A stretch of 64,000 nucleotides of DNA, from contig CM097885.1 of the NCBI GenBank assembly GCA_044892525.1, positions 82,336,001 to 82,400,000 on the forward strand. The letters run 5' to 3'. The stretch is from Schmidtea polychroa. Its lineage: Eukaryota. Both the position numbers and the translations under genes were made by a program. Numbering within the stretch: the stretch's first letter is position 1; each line of letters begins with the position of its first letter. The notes beneath the pieces were generated by a model, which was not told where the DNA came from, ran no database searches, and saw only the letters and a program-made list of their open reading frames with translations. Below, in pieces: positions 1 to 11,533 of the stretch.

Positions 1-854
1 GACATGAAAGGGGAAGATGCGCAAACCTGAGGAACTGGAATAAAGTGAAAAGTTATCGAAATTGAAGCTGGAAAACGGGAGAGGGGTAGATTAGGGGATG
101 GTGATGAAGACAGTGAGCAAAACATGGTTAGAAAATGTGTAGAAAGGGTCGTAAAACAGACAGATGTGGAAAAACGTAAAATATTAATTAATTTATTGGC
201 TAATGGGAAACCCGAGCTAATGGAAAGCCCGAGCCAATGGAGAACCCGAGCGATGAAGAAAACCCGAGCACGGCAATTTGGAAGGGTAAACAAACGAGGA
301 ATTCAGAGGGCAATTATCCAAACAACCGGATAAACGAGGGTAAACAAAAGAAGGGAAATTACGAAGAGGGTCAACAGAAATAGCCAATTAGGGAATGATA
401 ACTAAAGAAGTCAAAACCAATTAGGTCAAAAATGGGGCAATTACAACTATTATGGAAATATATATAAGGAAACTCAACATTCACATAATCAGCAATAGCC
501 TTAGGTAGGGAAGAAGAAACCGACATTAGGAGTTAAAGGAATAGAATAGAAGAAGAAAAGAATTATAGGAAAAACTGAAGAGTTAGACAAGGAGCGTCAA
601 AGGAGATTGGATCAGAGAGTGGAACTAAATCAAAAGGTGAAACTTAATTTTTTAATCGTACGAGGTTGAGACCTTCCAGAGCGGAGTCCGATCTGAAATT
701 GTGTGAGAATTGTGATTAACCAACAGTGTGATTAATTGTTGAGAGTTGTGAATTGTTATAAACCAAATATACGTTGGGAGTTTGGGTTTATTGATTTTGG
801 AACACGTGGAGTCAGAGTAACCAACGGTTGATTTTGATATCACAAAACCCAACA
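1..854 (+). mobile_element. LTR (family A), 5'-truncated by the window edge; solo or 3' LTR
   Basis: Homologous in inverted orientation to 35668-36732 and 38018-38775 (shared CCCGAGC-CAATGG repeats, GAACAC-GGAGTCAGAG block, terminus AAAACCCAACA at 854). No PBS follows. Confidence 0.75.
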
Positions 855-2414
855 GTACTTTGAAAATAATATGTAGAATCCACGAATCTAATATCCAAAT
901 ATATATAAACAATTGCTAAGAACTAAATTGAATAGTAAATAAACCTAGGACTTCTGGAATGAACTAGTTGATCGGATAATGTAGTGGATTAAATCTGTGT
1001 TGGTAAACAACTTAGATTAGTTTTCATAATTAAATGTAAATTTCCGAACTTATCTCTGTTATTAAATTATTAATTAAATACGATTTTTTGATTTTACTTC
1101 ATTATTAATTATCATTTTTGGGGAATTAATAAATAAACATCGAATTTTGAACAAATTCTCATTGTGAAACATCAACTTTTAGAATTTAAAATGGAATAAA
1201 TAGGTTTAAATCAACTCTCGTAATTAACCATACACTTGTGGAATTTATCAGTGAATTTGGAGATAATCATGGTTTGGGAAATCCACCACATCCCTTGTTT
1301 TCGTCTGCTGGTATGGTACGTTCTATCCTTTGGTTTTTGTTCGTAAGATCAATGTTTACTTTTGAAATTACTGACAGTAAATTATCCCGATAGGTTTGAG
1401 TTACGAGTTTTAATTCATCAACATATGTTGTAAATCTCAGTTTTTTTTTTAAATCACTTTCCTTGTAACGATAATCACTAACAGAGTAATCATCTAACAT
1501 CTTCTAAAGGGTTGACCGTTGAAGGAATATTCGGTATTAAAATTCCTAATAAATGGACAAATATTAAAGTGAACAAGATAATAAGTTGTCTTCATCCATC
1601 AGTCAATAAGGCTTATCGTAGTGAGCAGAGTGTGGCCACAAAAATAAGCAAAAATATTTTTTTAATTTGACCTTTTTCATGGAGTAATATTATATGTAAA
1701 CGTACATTCAGAGTCATTTACTACGACAAAACACTAGGACATTGTACGGGGCAAGACTCAATATGATCACACTACAAAGCTTGTAATCGATAATCCTAAT
1801 TAACTCTAAACTATCAGTAATATCGGATAAAGAGATTCCATTTAAATTTGTTAAACATCAAATTGCCCACGAAACTAATTTCAATAGGCGTAATTTTATG
1901 ATTGGAAATAATTTCAAATTCCAATGCCTCGACTTTTGAAAATATGCTACTATCCATTAATAAATAGCTATCTTTAGTTCTAACCTTTATGATCTTGCAT
2001 TTATATTAATAGATTTAATTTAATGTGGATATGCTATCTAAATGATTGGTGTGAATTATTCAACTACTGATAACTGAAAATTGGTAATTATACATTAAAA
2101 GGTACAAATGTTATAATAGTATTCTCCCTGTGTTTATCGATCCACATTCAATGCTCACTGAAAAAATGTACATATGTAGGTGAAGGTGACACTTTTTGTC
2201 CACCACTGGAGAACGATAACTCTGAGATAGTTGACTCGGGGAACAAAGTATGGGGTTTCGAGGACTTATCTGGGATAGATATTGTAGAACCAGTGGTTGA
2301 TCAGGATGATTTAGTTAATATGGTTATTGATTCAAATAATCCAAATAGGTATTACGTTGAATGCATGACTGAGAAGAAACGCAGATAAATCCATGTGTCT
2401 CTGAACACTCTTAT

Positions 2415-2933
2415 AGTAGGGTAATGTGTGGAGCCGGGAACAAAGAACTATTACGTAATCGATGACGTCACATAGGAAATTACGTCATACCCCCTCTGAC
2501 GTAATTTTATTTTTTTATTTTAATTTTTTTTAATTTGTTTTTTAAAAATATATTACGTTGCGGTATTTTAAATATATTACATTGCGGTATTTTAAATATA
2601 TTACGTTGCGGTATTTTAAATATATTACGTTGCGGTATTTTAAATATATTACGTTGCGGTATTTCAAAATTTAATTATATTTTAATTATTAAATATATTA
2701 CGTTGCGGTATTTTAAAATTTAAATTTAAAAACTGATTTTGACGAAAAAGTTGACAAAATAAAATTATTATTACACACAATGTATATATATAGTCTATCA
2801 GACAAGATATTCCTTCCCCCTATGGTCACACACACAATGTAGAAAAAATATTATTAGTGTCCACACATGCAACAAGTTAGTGTTCTCATCGATAGCTCAT
2901 CTTAAAGTCTAGTATAAGATCTATCTATTGAGA

Positions 2934-2967
<34 letters not shown>

Positions 2968-3120
2968 CTATATACTCCGAGTCTATCCGACAAAATATTC
3001 TGTCCCTCTATGGGTACTGCTCACAAAAGTAAAGGTCACAAATGTACTGCTAAAAATATTCAAGACAAAACTTTAACAAAGATATTATACTTTAAATATA
3101 CACTAAAATTTATTAACACA
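2415..3120 (+). repeat. Left terminal inverted repeat of the Polinton
   Basis: Reverse complement of 15888-16383, with block indels (extra segment at about 2804-2930 and an expanded 24-bp array on the left). Confidence 0.92.
2546..2716 (+). repeat. 24-bp tandem repeat (AAATATATTACGTTGCGGTATTTT x5 plus one degenerate copy) inside the left TIR
   Basis: Read directly from the sequence. The right TIR has a single copy near 16215-16238. Confidence 0.9.
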
Positions 3121-3282
3121 CTGGGTAAAGGTCACAAAGGTAACTAATGTACTGTTAAAAATATTCAAAACAAAACTCTAACATATTATTACACACACAA
3201 TGTATAAAAATTGTTCACAAAGTTACTGTTAAAAATATTCAAGACAATAAGATCAATACATTTATTAAATAATTTAACCACA

Positions 3283-6200
3283 TCATCGAAAATAATCATG
3301 TCCAAAATAATTATCATCTGCTGGATCATGGAAATCATCTGTATCATCTGCTGAGATAGCTTCCGTTGAATCTATAAATATATCGGTGTCACCGCCCCTA
3401 TAATGTCCATATGCCAAACTTTGATTTTTATCCACCCAATTTCGCTTATCATCTCTACATGTCAAGGCTCTTTTATTATTTTTAATACTAAAAAGTTGGT
3501 AATTTTTTGACGTTATTCTAAACTGAGGGACTGTGTATATTTTATCATTTAAATAACAATCTAGATACGACTGATGTGTTAGTCCAGTATCTTTCATACT
3601 TATCCCCTTAGCCTTCATACTTTCCTCATCACCCATCAAACTGTAACATTTAGGTCTCAAGAACACCCAATCTTTATATAATAACCCTTTATTCTCGTCT
3701 TTGAATTTACCAATAACAGAATCAAGGTTCCTACTATATAAAGGATGATTTGGGTCATAATTCGAAGTATCTAATAATTGATCTCTAATCATCGCAGGTA
3801 AAAGAATGTCAAGACTACAATGTTTAATTTCCAAGAAGAAGGAATCTGTGTCTCCAGCAACGATATTAATTTCGCAGTTGAATTCGTCGCGATATTTTTG
3901 CAACTCTTCATACTGCAGCTGGTACATCCTGAGTTTGGATAAATCTAGTACAGTTTGACCAATGTAACTAGGTCTATTCAAACACACTATGTCCTTCCTC
4001 AATAAAACCGAAATCAAGTCATCATCGATTTTCGTGGATTTACGAAAAGTCGGTTTCGAACAGAATGTTGTTAATTTCTGTGAAGAATTACACAGACGTA
4101 AATTAATACGTTTTTTAAGATTTTCAACAGTCTTGCCGTAAAGACTGTTGTTTAATAATTTATAAAAATTTTTATCGAGTTTATTTGTCGACGCTGCTCG
4201 TAACGCCGTATTTGTGTTAATATAATTTTTGAAAATTTTATCTTGTTTAAATTTAATTGCTCTATGTGTTTTTGATATTTTAACACCTAATTTAATAAAT
4301 ATTTGTAGAAGCCTCCAATGAAGAACGTAGTTCCTCTTGGGGCTGTGTGTAAGCAACAGCTTCTCTATTTTTGAACCCGGTACACACATCTTTTCAGCGG
4401 CAACGGGAAGATCGTCCAGTTTGTCGTGAATTGACGTCGGTATTTTTAAATCCACTTCTATGGTATAACCATAATCAAACAGATCTAAATCTACCGTTGT
4501 GCATTCAACAATTATATTATTTAATAAATTATCATCAGTAACCCATTCAAAGTCACTGCAAGGTAATGGTTGACTTAAAGCCCAACCGTATAAATTATTT
4601 ATATCTATGTAAAGCAAAGCAGTATCCGGGTCTGTTTTTACATAATGTTTATTTACAAAAGTTAGTCCGCCACGGATACCGCCCTCGAAAAAGTTATACA
4701 TCTCCATATCGGTGAGGAGCTCAATTGGAGAGTTTAAAGTTAATAAGGCTGAATTCCAAGACATACCTGGAATCCCTAAGAAATTTAATGGCTCTAGTCG
4801 GTTATGAGCAACGGACTTAGCTCTAAATTGCTGGAAAAAATCGGCTAAAAGGAAAACATCAAGTTTTAAATAAACCATCATGTAATCGAAAAGTGAAGTA
4901 CATGAAGTTTCAACCCAAATTCGCTGAGCTGTCTCATATTCAGCGGGAGTCACATCTTTCCAAATAGGAGGTAACTGACGAGAGTTATGTAAAACTTCTA
5001 ATGAAGTTGCGGCATCATAAGGAAAAATTCCCTTTGCAGTTATTATTGTACCCTGAAATTCTGATTCGGTCAAGGGTAAATATGATAAAGTTTTGACAGC
5101 ATTATTTAAAGACTCGCTGACAAATTGATAAGAGTCTATAAATTTAACAGTTAATGAGTCAATCCTAGCAAAAAGACTAAGGAATTTCTCGCTGGTTAAA
5201 GGAATACAACTAATATTCCATGAATGATATTTTGAAAGGCCAAATTTCAAGATATGATGCAGATCATAACCCTTTAAATTATGAAATACTACAGGAAGGG
5301 TATGTCTAATTTGCCTCGACAGATTACAAGTTGTACAAGTGGCACCGAGATATAGACCGGTAAAATGATCATGGTCCCTAACTGGACTAACTAAAGGCTT
5401 ATTGCACAAATAACATGATGTGCTGTTTTCAAACATTAATTGTTGCTCATCTGTAATTATCATTTTCTTTTGATAATTTTTATAATAATAAGGAGTTACA
5501 ATATATTTCCCTATCATTTTAATTTCAGTAAGAAATTGATCGACACAATCTAAACCGGTGAACGACTTATAAATTTTTACGCCCGTGAAATTATTAATAA
5601 AAAGCATACCGGCAGAAATAGGCAGATGACGTTGAAAGTAGCTAGTGTCTTTAGGTAAGATAGCCTCAAAGTCAGCGTAAATAACAAAGGGAGGAGTGAC
5701 TGTTTTACTCCAATCAGTAAATTCTAAATATTTATTTTTAGGCAATGTGTACAAGGTAGTACCAAGCTGATTTTTATCGCAAAGACCCTTATGTCTATTA
5801 AAAGCGTCATCATTTCTAAAACCGTTTAAACATCTAGGGCACCACTGACTACAAATCCTAACAGGAGTGATTGAACTATTCCTACAATTAAGGAATCTAT
5901 TTAGGTCTGTGATTCCAAGATAATGATAATTATCATTCTTTTCAATTAATAATAAATTGATAGGTATGGCTCCTACTATCTTACTCCTGTATATTATATC
6001 AATAAAGGGATATTTCATAACTGCATCTTCATCGGAAATGTCAATCAAAGCCTTTTCGTTATAAGTAAGAACATTTATACTATAACCTGGATTTTGTTGT
6101 TCAAATTTACTTATATTTGATAGTTTCATCGGCATATCATTAGGATCAAATTTAATTTCAGAAAGATTGTATGAATTAGGGCGATTTCTATATTGCCTAT

Positions 6201-6897
6201 TTATACTATCATATTTAATAATTGACAAGAAACTATACAAAAAACAGAAGTGGTCATTATTAACTACATTAACGAGACAGCTTAAGTTTCTTAAAGATTT
6301 TGGGGTTTCAATAAAACTTCTACCACTTAACCGACTTATTTCAGCAAATTTAGTCAGAACAAAGCTTATGTATTCTATTTTATTGATAGTCCAATTACTA
6401 CCTTTCTCATTAATTTTAATTATTTTTTCATTTAAACGAGCAATACCTTCGTCAATGAATGTATCGCTCCAAACTCGGGCGGAATTCGCGATTACAAAAG
6501 ATTGTAACTCATCATCTTTTATAAATTCCACCTTTAGACAAAATTGAATTTTACATGATTTTAATTTATTTACATATAATTTTAATTTATTTATTAAAAT
6601 GTCTGGTACAGAGACCGTTTTTAAATCTAAAGACGAAACGTCCATTTTTAATATAATATGATTATTATTTAAATCACTGGTGACATCTACGACACCATAA
6701 CCTATTTGATTAATATTATTATAATTATTATTATTACCATTATTATAATAAATATTACTACTACTACTACTATTATTATCAATTTCATCATCACTTATGT
6801 TGATTATTTCATCATCACTTATTGTAATTACATCAATAACTTTAGATTTTTTACTTGGTATTGAATTTATTTTTTCATTATTTTTTCTTTTATTCAT
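3283..6897 (-). CDS. polB: Protein-primed family B DNA polymerase (pPolB), 1204 aa, uninterrupted
   Basis: Exo I YADFE, Exo II FHNLKGYD, Exo III KLDVFLL; Pol motifs YIDINNLYG, KLLNNSLYGK, GDTDS, KFKDE, RPKCY, KAKGI. Also an EndoVII-like insertion (CYLC...VRDHDHFTG...CTTCN), a C2H2-like finger (CPRC...HKGLC) and an N-terminal DHFCF...HY segment resembling the vOTU-like domain known in Polinton pPolB. Confidence 0.97.
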   Translation of the reverse strand: MNKRKNNEKINSIPSKKSKVIDVITISDDEIINISDDEIDNNSSSSSNIYYNNGNNNNYNNINQIGYGVVDVTSDLNNNHIILKMDVSSLDLKTVSVPDILINKLKLYVNKLKSCKIQFCLKVEFIKDDELQSFVIANSARVWSDTFIDEGIARLNEKIIKINEKGSNWTINKIEYISFVLTKFAEISRLSGRSFIETPKSLRNLSCLVNVVNNDHFCFLYSFLSIIKYDSINRQYRNRPNSYNLSEIKFDPNDMPMKLSNISKFEQQNPGYSINVLTYNEKALIDISDEDAVMKYPFIDIIYRSKIVGAIPINLLLIEKNDNYHYLGITDLNRFLNCRNSSITPVRICSQWCPRCLNGFRNDDAFNRHKGLCDKNQLGTTLYTLPKNKYLEFTDWSKTVTPPFVIYADFEAILPKDTSYFQRHLPISAGMLFINNFTGVKIYKSFTGLDCVDQFLTEIKMIGKYIVTPYYYKNYQKKMIITDEQQLMFENSTSCYLCNKPLVSPVRDHDHFTGLYLGATCTTCNLSRQIRHTLPVVFHNLKGYDLHHILKFGLSKYHSWNISCIPLTSEKFLSLFARIDSLTVKFIDSYQFVSESLNNAVKTLSYLPLTESEFQGTIITAKGIFPYDAATSLEVLHNSRQLPPIWKDVTPAEYETAQRIWVETSCTSLFDYMMVYLKLDVFLLADFFQQFRAKSVAHNRLEPLNFLGIPGMSWNSALLTLNSPIELLTDMEMYNFFEGGIRGGLTFVNKHYVKTDPDTALLYIDINNLYGWALSQPLPCSDFEWVTDDNLLNNIIVECTTVDLDLFDYGYTIEVDLKIPTSIHDKLDDLPVAAEKMCVPGSKIEKLLLTHSPKRNYVLHWRLLQIFIKLGVKISKTHRAIKFKQDKIFKNYINTNTALRAASTNKLDKNFYKLLNNSLYGKTVENLKKRINLRLCNSSQKLTTFCSKPTFRKSTKIDDDLISVLLRKDIVCLNRPSYIGQTVLDLSKLRMYQLQYEELQKYRDEFNCEINIVAGDTDSFFLEIKHCSLDILLPAMIRDQLLDTSNYDPNHPLYSRNLDSVIGKFKDENKGLLYKDWVFLRPKCYSLMGDEESMKAKGISMKDTGLTHQSYLDCYLNDKIYTVPQFRITSKNYQLFSIKNNKRALTCRDDKRNWVDKNQSLAYGHYRGGDTDIFIDSTEAISADDTDDFHDPADDNYFGHDYFR

Positions 6898-7046
6898 ATT
6901 AATTAGATTATTTATTTGATCATTTAATTTATTTACTTGATCCTTTAGTTTAGTTATTTCGTTTATATCATTATTATTGGTGTTGTTAGTATTATTGTTG
7001 GTGATATTATTATTATTATTGTTGATATTAATATTATTGTTGTTGA

Positions 7047-7077
<31 letters not shown>

Positions 7078-7479
7078 AAACGATTCATATAAGCTATAGA
7101 AAAGAGATTTCTTAGAAGGTTTAAATTGTTGGAGATGGAGTCTATGCTTATTATAAAATTCTTATACGTTATAACTTCAATAACCTCACATTAAGGGCAT
7201 AGGATGTAGGTGACACCGTTATATTTATGACTATAATATCTTTCCATTATATCATCGCAGTCATTATGATATTGACTATTACAAAGGTTTTGGTATTTCA
7301 AACCTATGAAAATATTTTTATCATAAAATGGTTCAAAATATTAAGATAATTTTAATAATCATTTTCAAAGTTTAACATATTTTTCGTAAGATATTATTCA
7401 AAATTGTCTTTTAAATAGTATCTTATAAAAAATATTATAAAATATATAATTTAATTCAAAATCATCATATTGAATAAAT

Positions 7480-7740
7480 CTTCCTTTCAAAATTATCTTC
7501 TTTTCATGAATAAATTTTCTTTTCATAAATCTTCCTTTCAAAATCATCATAAATAAATCTTCTTTTCATAAATCTTCCTTTCAAAATCATCATAAATAAA
7601 TAAATCTTCTTTTCATAAATAAATATTCTTTTCATAAATCTTCCTTTCAAAATCATCATAAATAAATAAATCTTCTTTTAAAATATCTTCTTTTCATGAA
7701 TAAATCTTCCTTTCATAAGTTTCTTTATAATCTTCTTTTA
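7480..7740. repeat. Imperfect tandem repeats of about 30-45 bp (AAATCTTCCTTTCAAAATCATCATAAAT-like), followed by (ATT)n to about 7786
   Basis: Recurring AAATCTTCC/TTTTCA motifs read directly. Confidence 0.75.
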
Positions 7741-7788
<48 letters not shown>

Positions 7789-7843
7789 ATTGTTTAAAAA
7801 ACTTAAAAACCTCAAAAACTTATAACAATAAATAAATACTTAC

Positions 7844-8127
7844 ATTTTCGTCCTTTCGAAAGAAATTTTCCAGCATCAGAACCAGCAGAAGTATTTATTA
7901 CATTTCCATCTAAAAGCATAATAAAAATAATAATGATTATAATAGTAAACTATTACCATTTATTCTATTCATGTCTACAGCTTGTCCGTCGATATTCATT
8001 TTAATTTGTTGATTAGTACCTAATAATCATATTAAAAATAATAAAATAATAAAATAATAAATTTACCATTAATTCCTCCAACAATCTTTCCGTCAACTCT
8101 TTGAATATTGTTGTTGTTGTTGTTCAT
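7844..8127 (-). CDS. Spliced Polinton accessory gene of unknown function; exons 8127-8067, 8019-7957, 7909-7844; 3' end unresolved
   Basis: Two 47-nt GT-AG introns (8066-8020, 7956-7910) and a perfect GTAAGT donor at 7843. The spliced frame is open: MNNNNNNIQRVDGKIVGGINGTNQQIKMNIDGQAVDMNRINDGNVINTSAGSDAGKFLSKGRK. TATATAAG near 8190 and ATTGG near 8225 lie upstream on this strand. Confidence 0.7.
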
Positions 8128-8473
8128 GTTGTTAAATATTGTTAATAGATTTTTAAAAGTGATGAAAAAAAAATGAAAGTGTAGACTATATAAGAGAGAT
8201 ATTACAGGTTTTATTAACCGACCAATGAAAATAGAGATAGGATAGGAAAAGACGCTACATGTTTGTTTATACAAACCATGACGAAATAATGACCTTTACA
8301 CGTCTTTATTACTCAGTTCTTTGTTACTTTGCACTGTGCATGCACTGAACATGGTATAGTATTACATAATATTTTTAAACATAAAATAATAATATTTAAC
8401 AAATAATAATATTTAACAATATTTAACAAATAATTAAAATAGTCAACAAAAAAAATCATACAGTTTACATTTA

Positions 8474-8821
8474 TTAACCATCAAATTTTTTATACAACAA
8501 CCATGCCAAACAGTGTTGACCACATGTTTGAGTCAATGGATTTTGAAACATAGTTTTATTATATACAATAGGTTTCCCAATTGTTTGAAGTTTTGATATC
8601 AACAAAGCAGGATAATAGAAACCCATAGGATCGAATACGAATATATTACCAGGTTTCACATATATAGCTATCCAATGTTCTCCACCAAGATGAGACGAAT
8701 GAGTATTGACGATTATGGCTTGATTATGGCTCAAATAAGGAATTTTATCGAGAGGAAAAACACCTACAAATTCATTTCCTAATATTTGTTTTCCAATTCG
8801 ATTAACCTGAACAGAACTACT
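8474..8821 (-). CDS. Adenain-like (Ulp1 family) cysteine maturation protease; start codon not found
   Basis: Catalytic motifs GEHW, FDPMG and QTCGQHC. The frame is open upstream of the listed ORF (FVGVFPLDKIP) up to a TAA at 8822-8824. Confidence 0.9.
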   Translation of the reverse strand, partial: SSSVQVNRIGKQILGNEFVGVFPLDKIPYLSHNQAIIVNTHSSHLGGEHWIAIYVKPGNIFVFDPMGFYYPALLISKLQTIGKPIVYNKTMFQNPLTQTCGQHCLAWLLYKKFDG

Positions 8822-8885
8822 TTAATAAATCCTGAGTATAAAAAACAACTTACTCCATGACAACTTTTTGTGTTTCTGTATACAT

Positions 8886-10109
8886 TTATACTAGCACGGT
8901 TCTATTTGAAGTAATTTGAACTTCATTTTCAAATACTCCATATATTATAACATGTACCGGTTCTGTAATGGCCTTTGCAAACTTAATATCCAGTCGTAAA
9001 TTCCCGTTTTGTGGTAGTTGACTCTGATTTAAATCAAAATCGGGAGCTAAAACAAATGTGAAAAATGGATATTTGCTTTTAAATTATTCTAGAGTAATTC
9101 CACAATTCAAGTTTTTATCTAAGTAACCCAGATTTCTAACAATACTCTGCATATATGTTGCACAGTAATTATCGCTTTCGAAATCTTGAGTATATGTTTC
9201 TCTATAATCAGTATTTTTCGACAAAGTCAATGAAGTAACACCAAAATTTTTGAAAATTGAGCTGGACGCAGTATAAGATCCATTATATTGTGTTTCACTT
9301 TGAAATGTCACCAGAATAAAATTAGGCATTCGTCTGTCACCAAATATTTGTTCTTTATAGAATGATGAAGCACCTTTAGCAATAGCAAATTGTACAATTT
9401 CCTTTGTTTTCAAAGGATAAATTGCATGTTTTGAATTAAGACCCAATTGATGACCAGCTAATACTGACGGGTCTACTCGAACTCTTCTCACCAATAATTT
9501 TGCATCAACTAATTGACATATTGGTGCACCAGTAGCACTAGTAAGAGATATTGCAGAATCGGACCTTTTCAATCTAATATGTATATTAACTCCCGGTAGT
9601 AAATATTTCGGTTGATCCATAAAATCAAGTTGTAATGATGAGCACATAGTGAATACTTTTGAACCTTTAACCCACTTTTTTCTTTCATCATCTGCTGCTG
9701 CATAACCCATAGGTGTAAGACAGGTATTTTTAGTATCGGAATTGTAATTTAAAATAGTTTCTATCAAAGCCTTGTGAATGAATGTATTATTTCCGCCCTC
9801 AATCTTGATATTATTAAATCCCAACACTGCATCTTTAAACAGAGTATGAAACATGAAATTGTTTGGTAATACATCCGCATTGGCATCTAAAACTTTTCTA
9901 TCTTTATCTACAACTTTGATCTGAACAGTCAATAAAGTATCGTTCAAATCTAAATATTCAGTTTGCGAACCATTAATATAAAACTCGATATCATTTCTAC
10001 TATCAGTAATTGAATTCATAGGAAAAACTTCTTCAAATGCCCCAAATTCTATTACAGCCTAGGGTGATGGTCTATCAAATATACATAATTCGGATTTACC
10101 ACAAATCAT
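8886..10109 (-). pseudogene. Double jelly-roll major capsid protein (PY) with two in-frame stops
   Basis: ATG at 10109 gives MICGKSELCIFDRPSP*AVIE (TAG 10059-10061), the typical SEL.LF..P..Q N-terminus. After TAA 9084-9086 the frame continues FKSKYPFFTF...GNLRLDIKF...VIIYGVFENEVQITSNRTVLV*, the typical MCP C-terminus. Confidence 0.9.
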
Positions 10110-10474
10110 TTTGCAAATATAGTTCCATGTCCTTTCATTCGTTTGTTTATACGTGATATTCCATGTCCTTTACGTTTTGGAGCGTGATTTGGGACTGGGG
10201 GTTCATCTTTTTGAAACATACCAGCAACTCCAGGTAGAACCTTACCTAATTCAGCTAAAGCATTTGTTTTTAGGGATGGTAATATTTTCTGTTCATTCAT
10301 AATCACATCTTTTGCAGTTTTCATACCAAAACTACCAATACGTTTAAGAATAGGAAGTGCAAATCTCCCTATTGTTTTTAACCAACCTGATCCGTACTGT
10401 TTACCAATAAAATATGGTAATTCCCCGCCAGATTGGCTATCACTATACATACTAATAATATCGGAATTAGCCAT
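10106..10474 (-). CDS. Polinton virion core/cement-type protein with GG and GxG protease-site-like motifs
   Basis: QSGGELPYFIGKQYGSGWLK...PILKRIG, a basic C-terminus, and the conserved position between penton and MCP. Its TGA overlaps the MCP ATG. Confidence 0.7.
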   Translation of the reverse strand: MANSDIISMYSDSQSGGELPYFIGKQYGSGWLKTIGRFALPILKRIGSFGMKTAKDVIMNEQKILPSLKTNALAELGKVLPGVAGMFQKDEPPVPNHAPKRKGHGISRINKRMKGHGTIFAK

Positions 10475-11533
10475 CTACTTTACGAAAATGTAGTGTCAAA
10501 TGAGTTTTTGAGTCTTTTAGGAAGTTTATAAGTTTTCCACTATCGTCACGAATATTTATTTCTATATTGTTTATATATGAGCTTGAAATTGGTAAATACA
10601 TGGGATTATCTATATTTATATTGACAACTTCATCATGTTCATATTTTCCAATCCACACCGATCTCAATATAGGAACACTGGAATCACCAACAATTATAGG
10701 CTCAATAATATTAGTATATATGAACATTTGTTGATGATGTTCAAGTATTCTTGGTTTACGTATACCAGCCGATTTTTCCCGATATTGCTGCTTCTCTAAT
10801 CCAAGTGTATTTGTCAAATTTTTATCAAATGTAACTTCGCAAATGTCATCATTCAAACTGAATGTAAATAACAAATCTTTCACAATGTCAAACTTTTAAA
10901 TATGTGTGAACAATAGTACTTTAAATATTTAAGTAATACATCAAGTTTATCAATATATAATTCGTCAGCGAAGGTGAATGATTCTTCAACTTCATTATTA
11001 TACGACACTGATATTTTGATTTCTTCTCTCATTACACTGTTTGCTTCAAATAGATCAAAGCGTAATAAATATTCTGTTTCCATAACTTCATTTTTCAACT
11101 TATTGCAGCCCATTCGTCTGGCATCTTCAATATATTCGAATGTTATTGTAAATGGTTTAAAATCACAACTGATATTTAATCCATCCTTGTAAAACATAGA
11201 GCAATGCGGATCTAATATTTGATTCGGAATATGATATGTTTTATCATAATTACTGATAATAAAGATACCACTACATGTTTTCATAGCATTCCTTTTGAAA
11301 TCAATCTTACATTGACTAAAAAATGGGAATGTATTGTACACGAATGTAAAATCTTGCAGTGCAACTTCCCAGTCCCCATTTAAAGAAATCGGATTCTGGA
11401 GATTGACCATGAATTTACTGGCTTGATTATCTGGATGAATAAGCGGCCAACTATTGCTTGGTAAAATAGTATAAAAATTCACTTTACTAGATCCTCTTCT
11501 GATATCCATGATGGGTTTTGATAACCATGCCAT
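10467..11533 (-). pseudogene. Minor capsid protein (penton, PX) split into two frames at about 10883
   Basis: N-terminal FYTILPSNS...LQNPISLNGDWEVAL and C-terminal FIYTNIIEPIIVGDSSVPILR...IEINIRDDSG...LHFR are the two conserved ends of Polinton pentons. One extra T at AGT-TT-GAC would fuse the frames. Confidence 0.85.

Noticed and set aside
2535-2723. 62-aa ORF with LNILRCGI repeats, or a CRISPR-like array
   Set aside because: It is a translation of a head-to-tail 24-bp tandem repeat with no spacers, inside the TIR.
6167-6547. Antisense ORFs over pPolB, integrase, gag and env (e.g. 10974-11192, 12357-12698, 31862-32221, 33981-34205)
   Set aside because: Shadow frames of real coding sequence with no independent motifs.
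6898-7400. Longer N-terminal extension of pPolB
   Set aside because: The frame is open to about 7160 without an ATG, and beyond that has several stops. No supportable start or splice model.
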